Shown in pieces: positions 1-9,424 of a stretch of DNA of 64,000 nt (position 1 is its first letter; every line of letters begins with the position of its first letter). The notes under the pieces are model-generated. The model saw nothing but the letters and a program-made list of their open reading frames with translations. It did no database searches and was not told where the DNA came from. A program made the position numbers and the translations under genes. The DNA lies in NCBI GenBank assembly GCA_025812035.1, contig GCA_025812035.1_4719.1. The stretch is one strand, 5' to 3'. The DNA is from a phage.

Positions 1-831
1 CCAGGTAACATCGCAATAACCATTCTCTTTACCGTCGTACTTGTCACCAAACAGTTTGATGAGATTGTTCAGCGGTTCCATCAACTTAGCGAAGCTGTGG
101 ATAAGACAATCGAAATAGGGGGCATGTGGATCGCTTGACCCAGCATTATACGTTTCACTGACTTCACCTGCGTGCGGAATAACGTACTCAACCAGGTTTC
201 TCAACATGTTAAGATCTTTCTTGGAAATCTCAACACCACACCAGTACGTTTTCTTATCTTTCGTGCTGATGTGTTCTTCTTCCATGAACGGGAACGTAAC
301 TACCGCAACACGGGTCATCTTCTTACCCATATAGGTTGCGCCAGTACGACGAAGATAAATTTTAGACAACGTATACGGCGTGTCACGCTTCAACCAAACG
401 GTGACCAGTTTACCTAACGTCGTTAACGTTTTATCGCTGGCATCCGCAAGGATGTTGAAGAACTCTTTTTGTTTCGGACCGAAACGTTTTGCTTCTTTAG
501 GGTTGATTGCGGTTTCAACCATCCAAATCAGCATGGAGCACAGTGTAGCGTTAAAACGAACAACCATCGCACGGCGCAGGAACTGAAGCACTTCCGATTC
601 ACCGTTCATCACGTCTTCACTTAGCGGATGGAACAACACACGTTCAGCCAACTGATTTCCGGTACGAACTTCGGGAACCGGCATCAGCAACGGCATGCTT
701 TCCACGGTAGCGGCAACTGCAACAACTTTACCATCCCCATCCGTAAAACGATATTCTAATTCGTGGGCATCGTTCTCAAAATAGTTAACGCTTTGTAGCG
801 CTTTACGATAAGCTTCAATAAGCTTCGACAT
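1..831 (-). CDS. hypothetical protein, 3'-truncated by window edge
   Basis: Minus-strand frame open from ATG at 831..829 to position 1 with no stop; AAGGA about 10 nt upstream; absent from ORF track because no stop lies in the window. Confidence 0.5.
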   Translation of the reverse strand, partial: MSKLIEAYRKALQSVNYFENDAHELEYRFTDGDGKVVAVAATVESMPLLMPVPEVRTGNQLAERVLFHPLSEDVMNGESEVLQFLRRAMVVRFNATLCSMLIWMVETAINPKEAKRFGPKQKEFFNILADASDKTLTTLGKLVTVWLKRDTPYTLSKIYLRRTGATYMGKKMTRVAVVTFPFMEEEHISTKDKKTYWCGVEISKKDLNMLRNLVEYVIPHAGEVSETYNAGSSDPHAPYFDCLIHSFAKLMEPLNNLIKLFGDKYDGKENGYCDVTW

Positions 832-861
832 ATTACATTTCCTTTTTCTTTTTACGTCAAC

Positions 862-882
862 GGTCCCCCTCAACAGGGGACC
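862..882. terminator. stem-loop between genes (no clear U-tract)
   Basis: GGTCCCC-loop-GGGGACC. Confidence 0.35.
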
Positions 883-888
883 TATGGA

Positions 889-2475
889 TTAGAAGTTGCC
901 TTTGGTAGTTACCGCATCCACCAAGTTGAACAAATCAACGCTCAGCTTATAAACCTCCTGCTGGCTACGGTTGAGCAGCGGGCTGTATGCGGACGGGTTG
1001 ATGTTCGGCATGGTGTACGGAATCGGCGCAGAGCCATCAACGCTGATCTTGAACTGGCTGTCCAGGAACAGGTTAATCGCACCGCTCACCATAACCGCAT
1101 TCGGGTTGTTACCCAACATGGAGGGTAGGATATTGGTAATCATGTCGGAACGCATTTGTTCAGCAGCACGGTTACAATCGTATCCTTTAATGAACGGTAC
1201 GGCATCGGTAACCGCAACCGCCCACTGACCAGGCATGATACCGAGTTCTGGGTGACCATGGTTGTCCGCGATGAAACGGAACGACTCCAGCATGCGATAT
1301 GTCATCGCAGCAGGCATCATCGCAGCAAGCGATGAGCAGTACAATGTCGGATAATCGATAACGTCCCAGCTCTGGCTATCGGTTGGCATCCAACCAAACT
1401 CGGTGGTTGCTGATGTACCACGACGGGCCTCCACATACGGGAATAGCGTTAAGACATCACGGATATGTTCGCCGAACATCCGTTTCATGTCGGCCCAACT
1501 CATGCTACCACTGAAAGCGAATCCTTCATCACGCATAATTGCACCGAATACGGGATGCGCAACCAACGGTTCTTCACGAACGGCTTGAGCTGCTTCTACG
1601 TAAATATCTTCGTTCTCAGCGCTACCTGGATGAGACCCACTTTCGTACGTCTGGCGGATAGCACCAACATTATCGAACGCCTTCCTTAAATAGATAGTCG
1701 GGATGTTCGTATCAACACTGGCTGGTTTGATTTTCTCCGTTGCGAAACACATCGCCGCTTCCACGCCACGAAAAACCGGTTCGGGTTGTGGTGCGTAGGA
1801 TGTACGATTAACCACATCAGCGTAGGCGGGATCGAACTGCTGCATCACGTTCTGCATGGCTGGGTCCATGAATTGGTTATCAAAACCGCCCTGACCCACC
1901 CAGCGTGCCGTCGATGCATACGTCAGCGTATCCTGAACACGAGTACTGAACTGGACGTTGCGGTTAACGGGGTCATATGCACCGGTCAAAAGGTTCGTTG
2001 CGTCCATCGGGGTTGCACGAACGATTTGCTTACCGAACATATCCGTCGTGGTTGTTTCGGTGACCTGGATTACGTTCGTGAAGAAGAACACCAGTTCGTT
2101 CGGTAGATCGATCGCACGTGTTGTAAACGCATCGAGGCTTACAGAATGGTCGGTGTATCCAGAAATGTAGTGGACACGCTTGGTTCCTGGTGCAAGAGCC
2201 AAGGATTCTTCCACAGCCATCATGAAATGGAAACGGCGTGTACCCCAACCATTCGCAATTTCCGAAACCCCCTCAGGTTCCGCAGACTGTTGCAACAAGC
2301 CGGTCGCAAGCTTATTGATTGCTGATGGTGTTGTTGCCGTACCGAACTTCGTCGTGTTGATAAAGTCTTCGATACTACGCATGCTGTCTGCGTGGAATCG
2401 TAGCGGGCGACGTTGTACATTGTTATACGGTGCGGTTTCAACCATCAGTATTTCACGAACATTCATCGGGATCAT
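889..2475 (-). CDS. hypothetical protein (528 aa)
   Basis: Long ORF in track; start abuts stop of upstream gene (2475/2477), consistent with co-translation in an operon. Confidence 0.6.
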   Translation of the reverse strand: MIPMNVREILMVETAPYNNVQRRPLRFHADSMRSIEDFINTTKFGTATTPSAINKLATGLLQQSAEPEGVSEIANGWGTRRFHFMMAVEESLALAPGTKRVHYISGYTDHSVSLDAFTTRAIDLPNELVFFFTNVIQVTETTTTDMFGKQIVRATPMDATNLLTGAYDPVNRNVQFSTRVQDTLTYASTARWVGQGGFDNQFMDPAMQNVMQQFDPAYADVVNRTSYAPQPEPVFRGVEAAMCFATEKIKPASVDTNIPTIYLRKAFDNVGAIRQTYESGSHPGSAENEDIYVEAAQAVREEPLVAHPVFGAIMRDEGFAFSGSMSWADMKRMFGEHIRDVLTLFPYVEARRGTSATTEFGWMPTDSQSWDVIDYPTLYCSSLAAMMPAAMTYRMLESFRFIADNHGHPELGIMPGQWAVAVTDAVPFIKGYDCNRAAEQMRSDMITNILPSMLGNNPNAVMVSGAINLFLDSQFKISVDGSAPIPYTMPNINPSAYSPLLNRSQQEVYKLSVDLFNLVDAVTTKGNF

Positions 2476-2476
2476 T

Positions 2477-4063
2477 TTATTTTTTTCCTCTTAAATTTAC
2501 TACGTGTTCATTTAATCGAACAACTAATTGCACAAGCTGCTGACGGATATCTGCTGGACAAAGCATCAACCCTTTACGATCAGCTGGGACTTTCTCAAGA
2601 ATTTCCGGGCCTGCTGCTGAAACATCCCAGTCCCATTCACAAAACGCATCGGCTACCATGTTAATACCGACAACCGGTAAAGTTGTACGTTCATCTTCAT
2701 ACATGGCATGCGGATACAATTTATTGACGGTAATAATCTCCTGTGGTTTTAACTGGTGGATAATCTGATAAACATCGTCACGTTTAACCTGGATACCTAC
2801 GGTCAGCGCGGCCAGTTGAGGAAAGCCCCAATGGTCTAATAAGCAAGCTGCAATTGCTAACGCTTTTGCCTGATGCACGGCTTCAATCGGTGAAAGACTT
2901 CTCGCCGGAAGATGGCTATCAAGCAGCCATTGCGCCAGCGCTCGGCATCCGCGGTTGATTGGTTTTAACTCAACGGTGTCATCGTGTTTAGCGTACGTGT
3001 ACCCATCGTAACGTTTTGCGATACGTGCGTACATGTCCTCAACTTTACCGTAAGGTGCTGTTTCGTCGACGTCGTGAAGCACCCGTTCCATCTGGGTAAG
3101 ATACGCAATATCAAGGATGAGCACGCGCGGTGAACGTTTATCTTTCACCATCAGTGCATCAATCACACCTTGGCTATCTTCATCTTGCGCGTTCCCTCGT
3201 GGGGTTTTCTCGCGAATAGGTCCACTGAAACGTCGTTCCGTACAAAGGTTATTCACGTAGCTAAAGATCAGTGTCACTAGGTGTGTACAGCTCACCAACA
3301 CCCCATCTTTAACAACAGGCTGTACGGCTTGGTCCAAATCACGTACTGCGAGACGTCTGACGATGGCTTGTGAACGCAACCAACCTGGCACTTTCTCCGT
3401 TGACATGTAATCCACTGTCATCGACAACGTGATCTTTTTATCACCCGTCTGTGCACGGATATAGTCTTCCAGTCGGTCGTAAGCAGCGATGTCGTGAATG
3501 CGTGTTTTATACATCAACGACATAGCCACTTCTTCTTTACGTACCGTCCCGTACGTTTTCCCAGCATCGATCAGAAACTCTGCCCAAATCGGCACCATCA
3601 GACGAACGTAGATCGCTAACGCCGTTAACTCAACGTAATCATTTCGTAAATAGGTTTTCTCGGGTATATCGTCCTCGCCTAATGTCGTTTTCATGTCTGG
3701 TGGTAATTTTACCCAGCCTGGGGTATTACACAACGCCAGAATCTCTTCATACACAACCGGTTTGTAGATTTCACCGACAGCGCGGCTCAACTCCTCCATT
3801 TGTTGTTGTGGAGCAATGTAGTTATCCATCGCCTCACGTGCTTTAACGAACCCTTCAAAGATGTCGTCGATGCGACGTGGGTTCTTTTGTTCTATCCAAG
3901 CGAGATACTTGTTAATCTCCCGCATCTGATTGCTGGCCATATCCCCATCGATCTTGATGTAGCCCTGACCTGAAAATTCCACGGTACGTCCATCACGATG
4001 TTTGATGAGATAGTGATCCAGCTTTTCTTTGCCTTGCGTCGTAATGACCGGCACAATGTGCAT
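2477..4063 (-). CDS. hypothetical protein (528 aa)
   Basis: Long ORF; TATATTACC-type promoter box about 57 nt upstream at 4120-4128. Confidence 0.6.
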   Translation of the reverse strand: MHIVPVITTQGKEKLDHYLIKHRDGRTVEFSGQGYIKIDGDMASNQMREINKYLAWIEQKNPRRIDDIFEGFVKAREAMDNYIAPQQQMEELSRAVGEIYKPVVYEEILALCNTPGWVKLPPDMKTTLGEDDIPEKTYLRNDYVELTALAIYVRLMVPIWAEFLIDAGKTYGTVRKEEVAMSLMYKTRIHDIAAYDRLEDYIRAQTGDKKITLSMTVDYMSTEKVPGWLRSQAIVRRLAVRDLDQAVQPVVKDGVLVSCTHLVTLIFSYVNNLCTERRFSGPIREKTPRGNAQDEDSQGVIDALMVKDKRSPRVLILDIAYLTQMERVLHDVDETAPYGKVEDMYARIAKRYDGYTYAKHDDTVELKPINRGCRALAQWLLDSHLPARSLSPIEAVHQAKALAIAACLLDHWGFPQLAALTVGIQVKRDDVYQIIHQLKPQEIITVNKLYPHAMYEDERTTLPVVGINMVADAFCEWDWDVSAAGPEILEKVPADRKGLMLCPADIRQQLVQLVVRLNEHVVNLRGKK

Positions 4064-4112
4064 AACAACCTCTTTTCGCGGTTCCCTGTTAAAACGTCTT
4101 CAGTGACGTCTA

Positions 4113-4142
4113 CCACAAAGGTAATATAAGCGTGAATAATTT
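4113..4142 (-). promoter_or_regulatory. TATATTACC-box promoter-like element (class E)
   Basis: Plus-strand GGTAATATAAGCGTGAATAATTTT; member of a 4-copy family, each 57-123 nt upstream of a minus-strand start. Confidence 0.5.
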
Positions 4143-4267
4143 TGGATTCCTGCTGAGTTATCGCTCAGCATGCAAGGCATCCCGCCGAAGCGAGACACCT
4201 TGCATTAACGGAAAATATTCGCGTTACCTTCTGAATTAATGATTCAGAATGCGATGCTAAAGCGTTA

Positions 4268-5056
4268 TTAGAACGCTAAGCCATCAAAGGCTATAGACGG
4301 ATCGTCGTCGTCATTTGCGCTTGGTGCATCCCAACGGGTATCAGGGGCTGCTGGAGCCGAACTTGATGCGTTAGAGTTACCGTTGTACTGGCCGTTACCA
4401 GCATTACGGTTACCACCGCCGTTGTTATTGTTACGATTATAGCTGTTGTTGCCATTACTTACACTACGGCTTTCACCGTCGAAATTGGTTGCAAGGATGC
4501 TCGGCAACACCGCACGATGAATACGTACGAATTCCAACGCACAAAGCGGAGAAACAATCCCGATCTGTAATGGTTGTCCGGATTCATCGACCAAAGAGTG
4601 GAAACGTGGTGGCTTGAATACGAACTGAATGTTCGGTTTTTGGTACGCTGTTACAGCAATATATACCGAACCATCATCATTCTTACCAACCCATGTTGTA
4701 CTTTCGGTAATCTGCTTTTTCTTACCAGGGTTATTGCGATCGTCGATAACCTTTTCGTTCTTCATCGCAAAGCGTTGACCCGGTTTACCCTTAGCAACTT
4801 GCTCAAGGATCGCAAGTAGGTTATAGAACGCATATGAACTCATGCGCGCCCAGATACTTTCGGCGCGACCCTGTTGGTCTTTACGACCTGTATAAACCGT
4901 GATACGCGGTTGATTTTTAGCAACGCTAATTTTCAATGAGGGGATTGAATTACCGCCCTCAACCTTTTCGTCCGCCCACAGTTTCCAGTTGTTGTCGTCG
5001 TAAGCCGTAGGAATAATGTTTCCTTGTGGTTTACTGCCCGAATTCCAATTGCTCAT
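4268..5056 (-). CDS. putative ssDNA-binding-like protein (Gly/Asn-rich linker plus acidic C-terminal tip)
   Basis: C-terminal third is low complexity (NRNNNNGGGNRNAGNGQYNGNSNASSSAPAAP) ending in acidic DDDDPSIAFDGLAF, resembling the disordered linker and acidic tip of SSB proteins; N-terminal OB fold not verifiable by eye. Confidence 0.3.
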   Translation of the reverse strand: MSNWNSGSKPQGNIIPTAYDDNNWKLWADEKVEGGNSIPSLKISVAKNQPRITVYTGRKDQQGRAESIWARMSSYAFYNLLAILEQVAKGKPGQRFAMKNEKVIDDRNNPGKKKQITESTTWVGKNDDGSVYIAVTAYQKPNIQFVFKPPRFHSLVDESGQPLQIGIVSPLCALEFVRIHRAVLPSILATNFDGESRSVSNGNNSYNRNNNNGGGNRNAGNGQYNGNSNASSSAPAAPDTRWDAPSANDDDDPSIAFDGLAF

Positions 5057-5129
5057 TTTCAGCCTCGTTACGTAGTGTGAATCAATTTCTGGTTCAGATG
5101 ATAGTTAATATTAGTTAAAAATTACAGCG

Positions 5130-5963
5130 TCAGCGAAACATGTCCAACAGAAAACGTTTTGCAAAGGGGTCGCGTAACTGGTTGACACCGAAGCGTGTAC
5201 GGTCTTCCGTTGTTAATGGATTCCACTGACTCTGTTTCGCAAGGTCTAACAACATCCTTTTTATTTTCACCGGCCCGCTGTTGAATTGTACAGCTTGATC
5301 CCCGAACGTTCCCAACGTCATCTTTGTAAACGGAAGGTTCGCAACCTCTGGACGATCTCCACCAGTAAGTTTGGTCGACCACTGATGTTTTCGTTTCAAG
5401 GTTCCGGTATGGCTTTCTACCAAAATAAGTTCACCAAAACCGGTTCTTGCCAACAAGTCAGAAACATAATGCGTAGTGATATACGATGTCTTGGTTATCG
5501 TAGGTAATTTACAATCCATCGATTCGATATTGGGAAGTCGATCTACAGACGCCATCAACCCACGATAAAGTGTGGCAAGTCCTTTTTGTTTTTCGGTGTG
5601 TGGCTCCTTGTGTATGGCGTGCGGATAGACACGCTTTATTGATGCATAGGTTGGCGCATATATCCGTAAACGAATATGGGGAACGAGTTCATTCACCAAC
5701 TGCCTTAGCTGCAGCAACTCGTTTTGAAAATCCCCCGTTATCATCGATAATGGTAATTTATGCTGTTCAACGTCTTCAAAGCTTTCAACAAAATTGCGTG
5801 CTAAAGTACGCAGGTTGAACAGCCAATCCATCGGTGTTTCTGGCTGTTGCTGCACGGCTGATAATGTTGCTGACGTCCCCACCGATAAAGGATAATCGCC
5901 TAACGTGCGGGCGTACATATCGCTCATACCCCACAACTCCTTCTTATCATGGCAACGTATCAA
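5130..5963 (-). CDS. hypothetical protein
   Basis: ORF in track; true start may be the internal Met (MSDMYAR) at about 5927. Confidence 0.5.
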   Translation of the reverse strand: MIRCHDKKELWGMSDMYARTLGDYPLSVGTSATLSAVQQQPETPMDWLFNLRTLARNFVESFEDVEQHKLPLSMITGDFQNELLQLRQLVNELVPHIRLRIYAPTYASIKRVYPHAIHKEPHTEKQKGLATLYRGLMASVDRLPNIESMDCKLPTITKTSYITTHYVSDLLARTGFGELILVESHTGTLKRKHQWSTKLTGGDRPEVANLPFTKMTLGTFGDQAVQFNSGPVKIKRMLLDLAKQSQWNPLTTEDRTRFGVNQLRDPFAKRFLLDMFR

Positions 5964-7089
5964 GCCAAGCAGAAACCTTTAAGGCGTCAACGTTCGGGTA
6001 TTTATTACGGATGCGTTCGACCAACAAACGCTTAACGTTGTCCTTTGTCAAGTCCCCACCTTTCTCAATAACGTTATTGACAAAACTGTTCTTTAATAAC
6101 GACTGGTTGTTTTTGGCATCCGTTTTAATCGACCAGACAAAGCCGGGATACAAAGAAGGGATAGAACGAAACGTTTTCGCTGCGTCGTCTTCCTTATCAC
6201 AGCGTATTCGAATATGATCGCCCTTCTTCAATGAGGCCAATTCCCGTTCCAACACGCGGACGATTTCATCGCCAACAAGACCGTGCAGTTTTATCGTCTT
6301 GTAGATATCTGCTTTCTTGTTCTCGACAAATTCCCACTGATCGTTAAACGATTCGGTTAGCATATAACGAAGGTATCCTTTCGGACCTTCTTCGCCATGC
6401 GCCAAGCGACCAAACGAACCACCAACCATGATACGACCTTTCTGGGATTGTAGGTGAATATGCCCACTTACAATCCATCCCTGGGTCTTCTCTACCATTG
6501 CGTTATACGCATCGCTGCTATGAACACATGTCGCTTTTAATGCTTCTGGTGGAAGCTGATATTCAAACGCGCCGTGCATCAGAATAAAGTCCGGGGATCC
6601 CTTCTCGTCAATAAGTCGGTTCACAGCCGACAACGTCACATCTGGATCGTGGCTATAGTTATCTGGAAGATAAAGCACTTTTAAACCGAAGTCTTCATCA
6701 ACCATGCAGAGATCGTCGTAATAACGGACTTTCGCTCCTATCTCCATAACCTCGTTCTGCTCGACGAACCATTGGCTTTGCTTCTGGTCGTGTAAATTGG
6801 TGCCTTCAAGAAAGATCAAGGTGATATCATGTTCTCTCGCATACCGTAACAACCAGGTACCCCAGGCACGAACAGCAACCACGTCGCTCGTCACAAACGT
6901 CGTAATGCGATCGAAGACATCGCCACTAAATGTAATCACATCGAGTAATGCGGGATCTTCTTTTGTGATGTAGTAACGTAACTGGCTAATCAGGTTTACT
7001 GTTGGTGTTTGACGATGGATAAAATGAATATCCGATAAATTGATTCCTCGTAATACCCCAGGCGTTTTATTTCGACTGAAGTCTCGCAT
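5947..7089 (-). CDS. calcineurin-like metallophosphoesterase, possibly Mre11/SbcD-family nuclease
   Basis: Ordered phosphoesterase motifs in translation: LSDIHF (D-x-H), GDVFDR (GD-x-x-D-R), EGTNLHD (GNH[DE]), MHGAFE, SGHIHL (GH-x-H). Confidence 0.5.
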   Translation of the reverse strand: MRDFSRNKTPGVLRGINLSDIHFIHRQTPTVNLISQLRYYITKEDPALLDVITFSGDVFDRITTFVTSDVVAVRAWGTWLLRYAREHDITLIFLEGTNLHDQKQSQWFVEQNEVMEIGAKVRYYDDLCMVDEDFGLKVLYLPDNYSHDPDVTLSAVNRLIDEKGSPDFILMHGAFEYQLPPEALKATCVHSSDAYNAMVEKTQGWIVSGHIHLQSQKGRIMVGGSFGRLAHGEEGPKGYLRYMLTESFNDQWEFVENKKADIYKTIKLHGLVGDEIVRVLERELASLKKGDHIRIRCDKEDDAAKTFRSIPSLYPGFVWSIKTDAKNNQSLLKNSFVNNVIEKGGDLTKDNVKRLLVERIRNKYPNVDALKVSAWLDTLP

Positions 7090-7871
7090 CAGAATTCCTC
7101 TAAGTTGTTGCTACTAATAGTCCCTGTCGTTGACGGTATGTTACCACTACCCATTGACGATGTTGGCGAAGAAGTTCTGGTCAGATTCAATCCGTTTAAT
7201 AGCCCACGCTCTTTTACCGTACGACGCGAACCATCACGAACGTCGTAAAGGGGTACGTTATAATGATCGAAAATCCGAAGCCATTGTACGTAATCAGCGA
7301 CAACATGGTCTTTGCTTTCATTCGGAGCAAAGCGGTCAAGCTGATGGTCGACGTAAGCTTTTGCGCTTTCAGGATTGAAGTTATACTGACGGCGTGCTTT
7401 GTCCACCATCGCAAGGAAACATGTATTGGGGTCACGATTGATATACGAACGCGTCCTGATGAATATAGCTGGTACCGTAAATAACACCTTGTTGTTATTC
7501 CCATCAGCGACAATATTAACAGCACGATGGGGTTGGCCTGCTATCTTACACCAATCGTGAACAATGGTGCTATTACTCAACATCTCCGCGTATTCAGGAT
7601 CCTGCGAAAACATACCTGCGAACGGATACAAGAAATGTTTAACGAACAGCGATTCGGGCAGGATGTTGGGGCGCGTCATCTCCTGTAAACCTTTTCGTAG
7701 AAGCTCGCTGTTGTCTACCAGCTCCTGCCACATGTCCGGTCTTGTTTTCGGGATGGACGGATCCTGAGCACGGCGAATGCGTTCTTCTTCATTTACAACC
7801 ACCACCCCAGCCGGATACCCCAATAAATCCGTTCCTTTGCTAGCATTGTTATTAGTTTGGTGCGCCTTCAT
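7089..7871 (-). CDS. hypothetical protein
   Basis: ORF in track; stop/start overlap with upstream gene. Confidence 0.5.
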   Translation of the reverse strand: MKAHQTNNNASKGTDLLGYPAGVVVVNEEERIRRAQDPSIPKTRPDMWQELVDNSELLRKGLQEMTRPNILPESLFVKHFLYPFAGMFSQDPEYAEMLSNSTIVHDWCKIAGQPHRAVNIVADGNNNKVLFTVPAIFIRTRSYINRDPNTCFLAMVDKARRQYNFNPESAKAYVDHQLDRFAPNESKDHVVADYVQWLRIFDHYNVPLYDVRDGSRRTVKERGLLNGLNLTRTSSPTSSMGSGNIPSTTGTISSNNLEEF

Positions 7872-8259
7872 TTACTTCCTCCTGCCACTTGACAAAATTA
7901 CCACGCTCGGACCGCAGAACGCCACTCAAATCGTACGACATGCCTTTCTCTGTGACGATCCCTCCAATCTGAAGATCCACACGCTCCGTAGTCGGATCGA
8001 TATACTTGACACGGACTTTCAATTCCACACGATCGTAATAACGCATTAAATAATCGTACAACATCCGGTATGTCGCATCTTCCAATTTGGGTGCGCTGTA
8101 CTGCGATGTTGCAATAAGGTACGGCAGTGAAACGATAGAGCCTTGATAGCAATACGATTGGGAATAATTCGATATTGCAAAATTGGTCATTAACCCGTCC
8201 AACTTCTTACCCGATGCAGTTAAAAAGCTCGACAGTCCTGGTAAAGGATTCGATGCCAT
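7852..8259 (-). CDS. hypothetical protein
   Basis: ORF in track, same orientation as neighbours. Confidence 0.45.
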   Translation of the reverse strand: MASNPLPGLSSFLTASGKKLDGLMTNFAISNYSQSYCYQGSIVSLPYLIATSQYSAPKLEDATYRMLYDYLMRYYDRVELKVRVKYIDPTTERVDLQIGGIVTEKGMSYDLSGVLRSERGNFVKWQEEVNEGAPN

Positions 8260-8272
8260 GAGGAACTCCTCT

Positions 8273-8722
8273 TTAAGCGTAATTCATTCCGGCCAATCTA
8301 TCGTAGTTAGGCATGTGTCCTAACTTCAGTTCGATAGGCATGGATACATTGGTGCGCGGCGCGTAAAATGTTCGCGTATGCATATCGATATACCCACAGT
8401 CCAAATAAACAATATCGGACAACTCCGCTGGATGTTTAGGTGCTGGAATCTTTAGTCGATTGTAGCATTCGAGCTGCCACCAAGCATGAAAAAAGTTATT
8501 GTAGGCGTACGATTTACTGTTGGCGACTTTAAGTCCATAGATCACCCATAACGCCGCCATGAAGTTGGTCGCATTAACTCGCATCGGCTGCTCATTATTA
8601 AGCATGTACGTATAGGTAAATAACGGTGTATTGCCGTCACCGAAACGTCCGACCAAGGTAGTGTTTGTGCGTTCGACCTCAAAGGAAAAATGCTGGCTGC
8701 TATTACCATCAAAATGAATCAT
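8273..8722 (-). CDS. hypothetical protein
   Basis: ORF in track. Confidence 0.5.
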   Translation of the reverse strand: MIHFDGNSSQHFSFEVERTNTTLVGRFGDGNTPLFTYTYMLNNEQPMRVNATNFMAALWVIYGLKVANSKSYAYNNFFHAWWQLECYNRLKIPAPKHPAELSDIVYLDCGYIDMHTRTFYAPRTNVSMPIELKLGHMPNYDRLAGMNYA

Positions 8723-8774
8723 TCTGTTCTCCCCAAGCTTTTCATTTCATAGAGTGGTGGAAATTCGTAGAAAG

Positions 8775-8830
8775 TTACAAAAATAAAAAAGAATGGGCAG
8801 CCCCTCCCCACCCGAAGGTAGGGAGAGACC
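8775..8830 (-). terminator. intrinsic terminator-like hairpin plus U-tract
   Basis: Stem CTCCCCACC/GGTAGGGAG followed on coding strand by UUCUUUUUUAUUUUU. Confidence 0.5.
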
Positions 8831-8840
8831 ACAGATATAT

Positions 8841-9305
8841 TTAAACCAAAGCCGCGATAACGTCATTAACGTTACGGCCTCGTAACTCTGCCGCCAAACG
8901 AATAATTTCATCCAGGGAACGGTTTGTACGAATCTTAGCTACTTTCCAATTTTCAGGATACTGTTCGAAGTTAAGTAACCAAGTCATTACCTTTGCTTGT
9001 TCCACACCGTTAAGTTTGATGGTTGTACGCGGATTGGCTTTGAACCACTTCTTGCTCAGCTGTGCCATACGGCGAACAGGATAAGCGTAAGCGCGGGTCC
9101 AGTCTTTGGACAGATTGTCGAGTAATTCACGGTAGCTGCTGTCGTAGTCTTTGTTGATACGACGTAATAACCAGTTGGCGGTCATTTGATAAAGTTTATC
9201 ATCTTCACGTAAACGCATACCTGCTACCGCTAAATAAATGATAAGACCTGCACCCATGATGAGAGACAGGATAAACAGAACTTGGTTTTCTTGTGCTAAA
9301 GTCAT
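8841..9305 (-). CDS. small membrane protein (single N-terminal transmembrane helix)
   Basis: Hydrophobic stretch VLFILSLIMGAGLIIYLAVAG near N-terminus; TATATTACC box upstream at 9398-9406; hairpin plus U-tract downstream at 8775-8830. Confidence 0.5.
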   Translation of the reverse strand: MTLAQENQVLFILSLIMGAGLIIYLAVAGMRLREDDKLYQMTANWLLRRINKDYDSSYRELLDNLSKDWTRAYAYPVRRMAQLSKKWFKANPRTTIKLNGVEQAKVMTWLLNFEQYPENWKVAKIRTNRSLDEIIRLAAELRGRNVNDVIAALV

Positions 9306-9390
9306 TTTACTATCCTCGGATTTCGTTAGGATTTGATTTCCAATATAAGGACGATGTGATATGCCTTATACAGTCGATTGATGTTGTACA

Positions 9391-9420
9391 TCACCTAGGT
9401 AATATAGCCGTGAAAAATGT
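9391..9420 (-). promoter_or_regulatory. TATATTACC-box promoter-like element (class E)
   Basis: Plus-strand CCTAGGTAATATAGCCGTGAAAAATG upstream of 8841-9305. Confidence 0.5.
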
Positions 9421-9424
9421 TGGA

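Noticed and set aside
889-4063. Two adjacent ORFs of identical length (528 aa) as possible tandem paralogues
   Set aside because: No recognisable sequence similarity between the two translations; the equal length looks coincidental.
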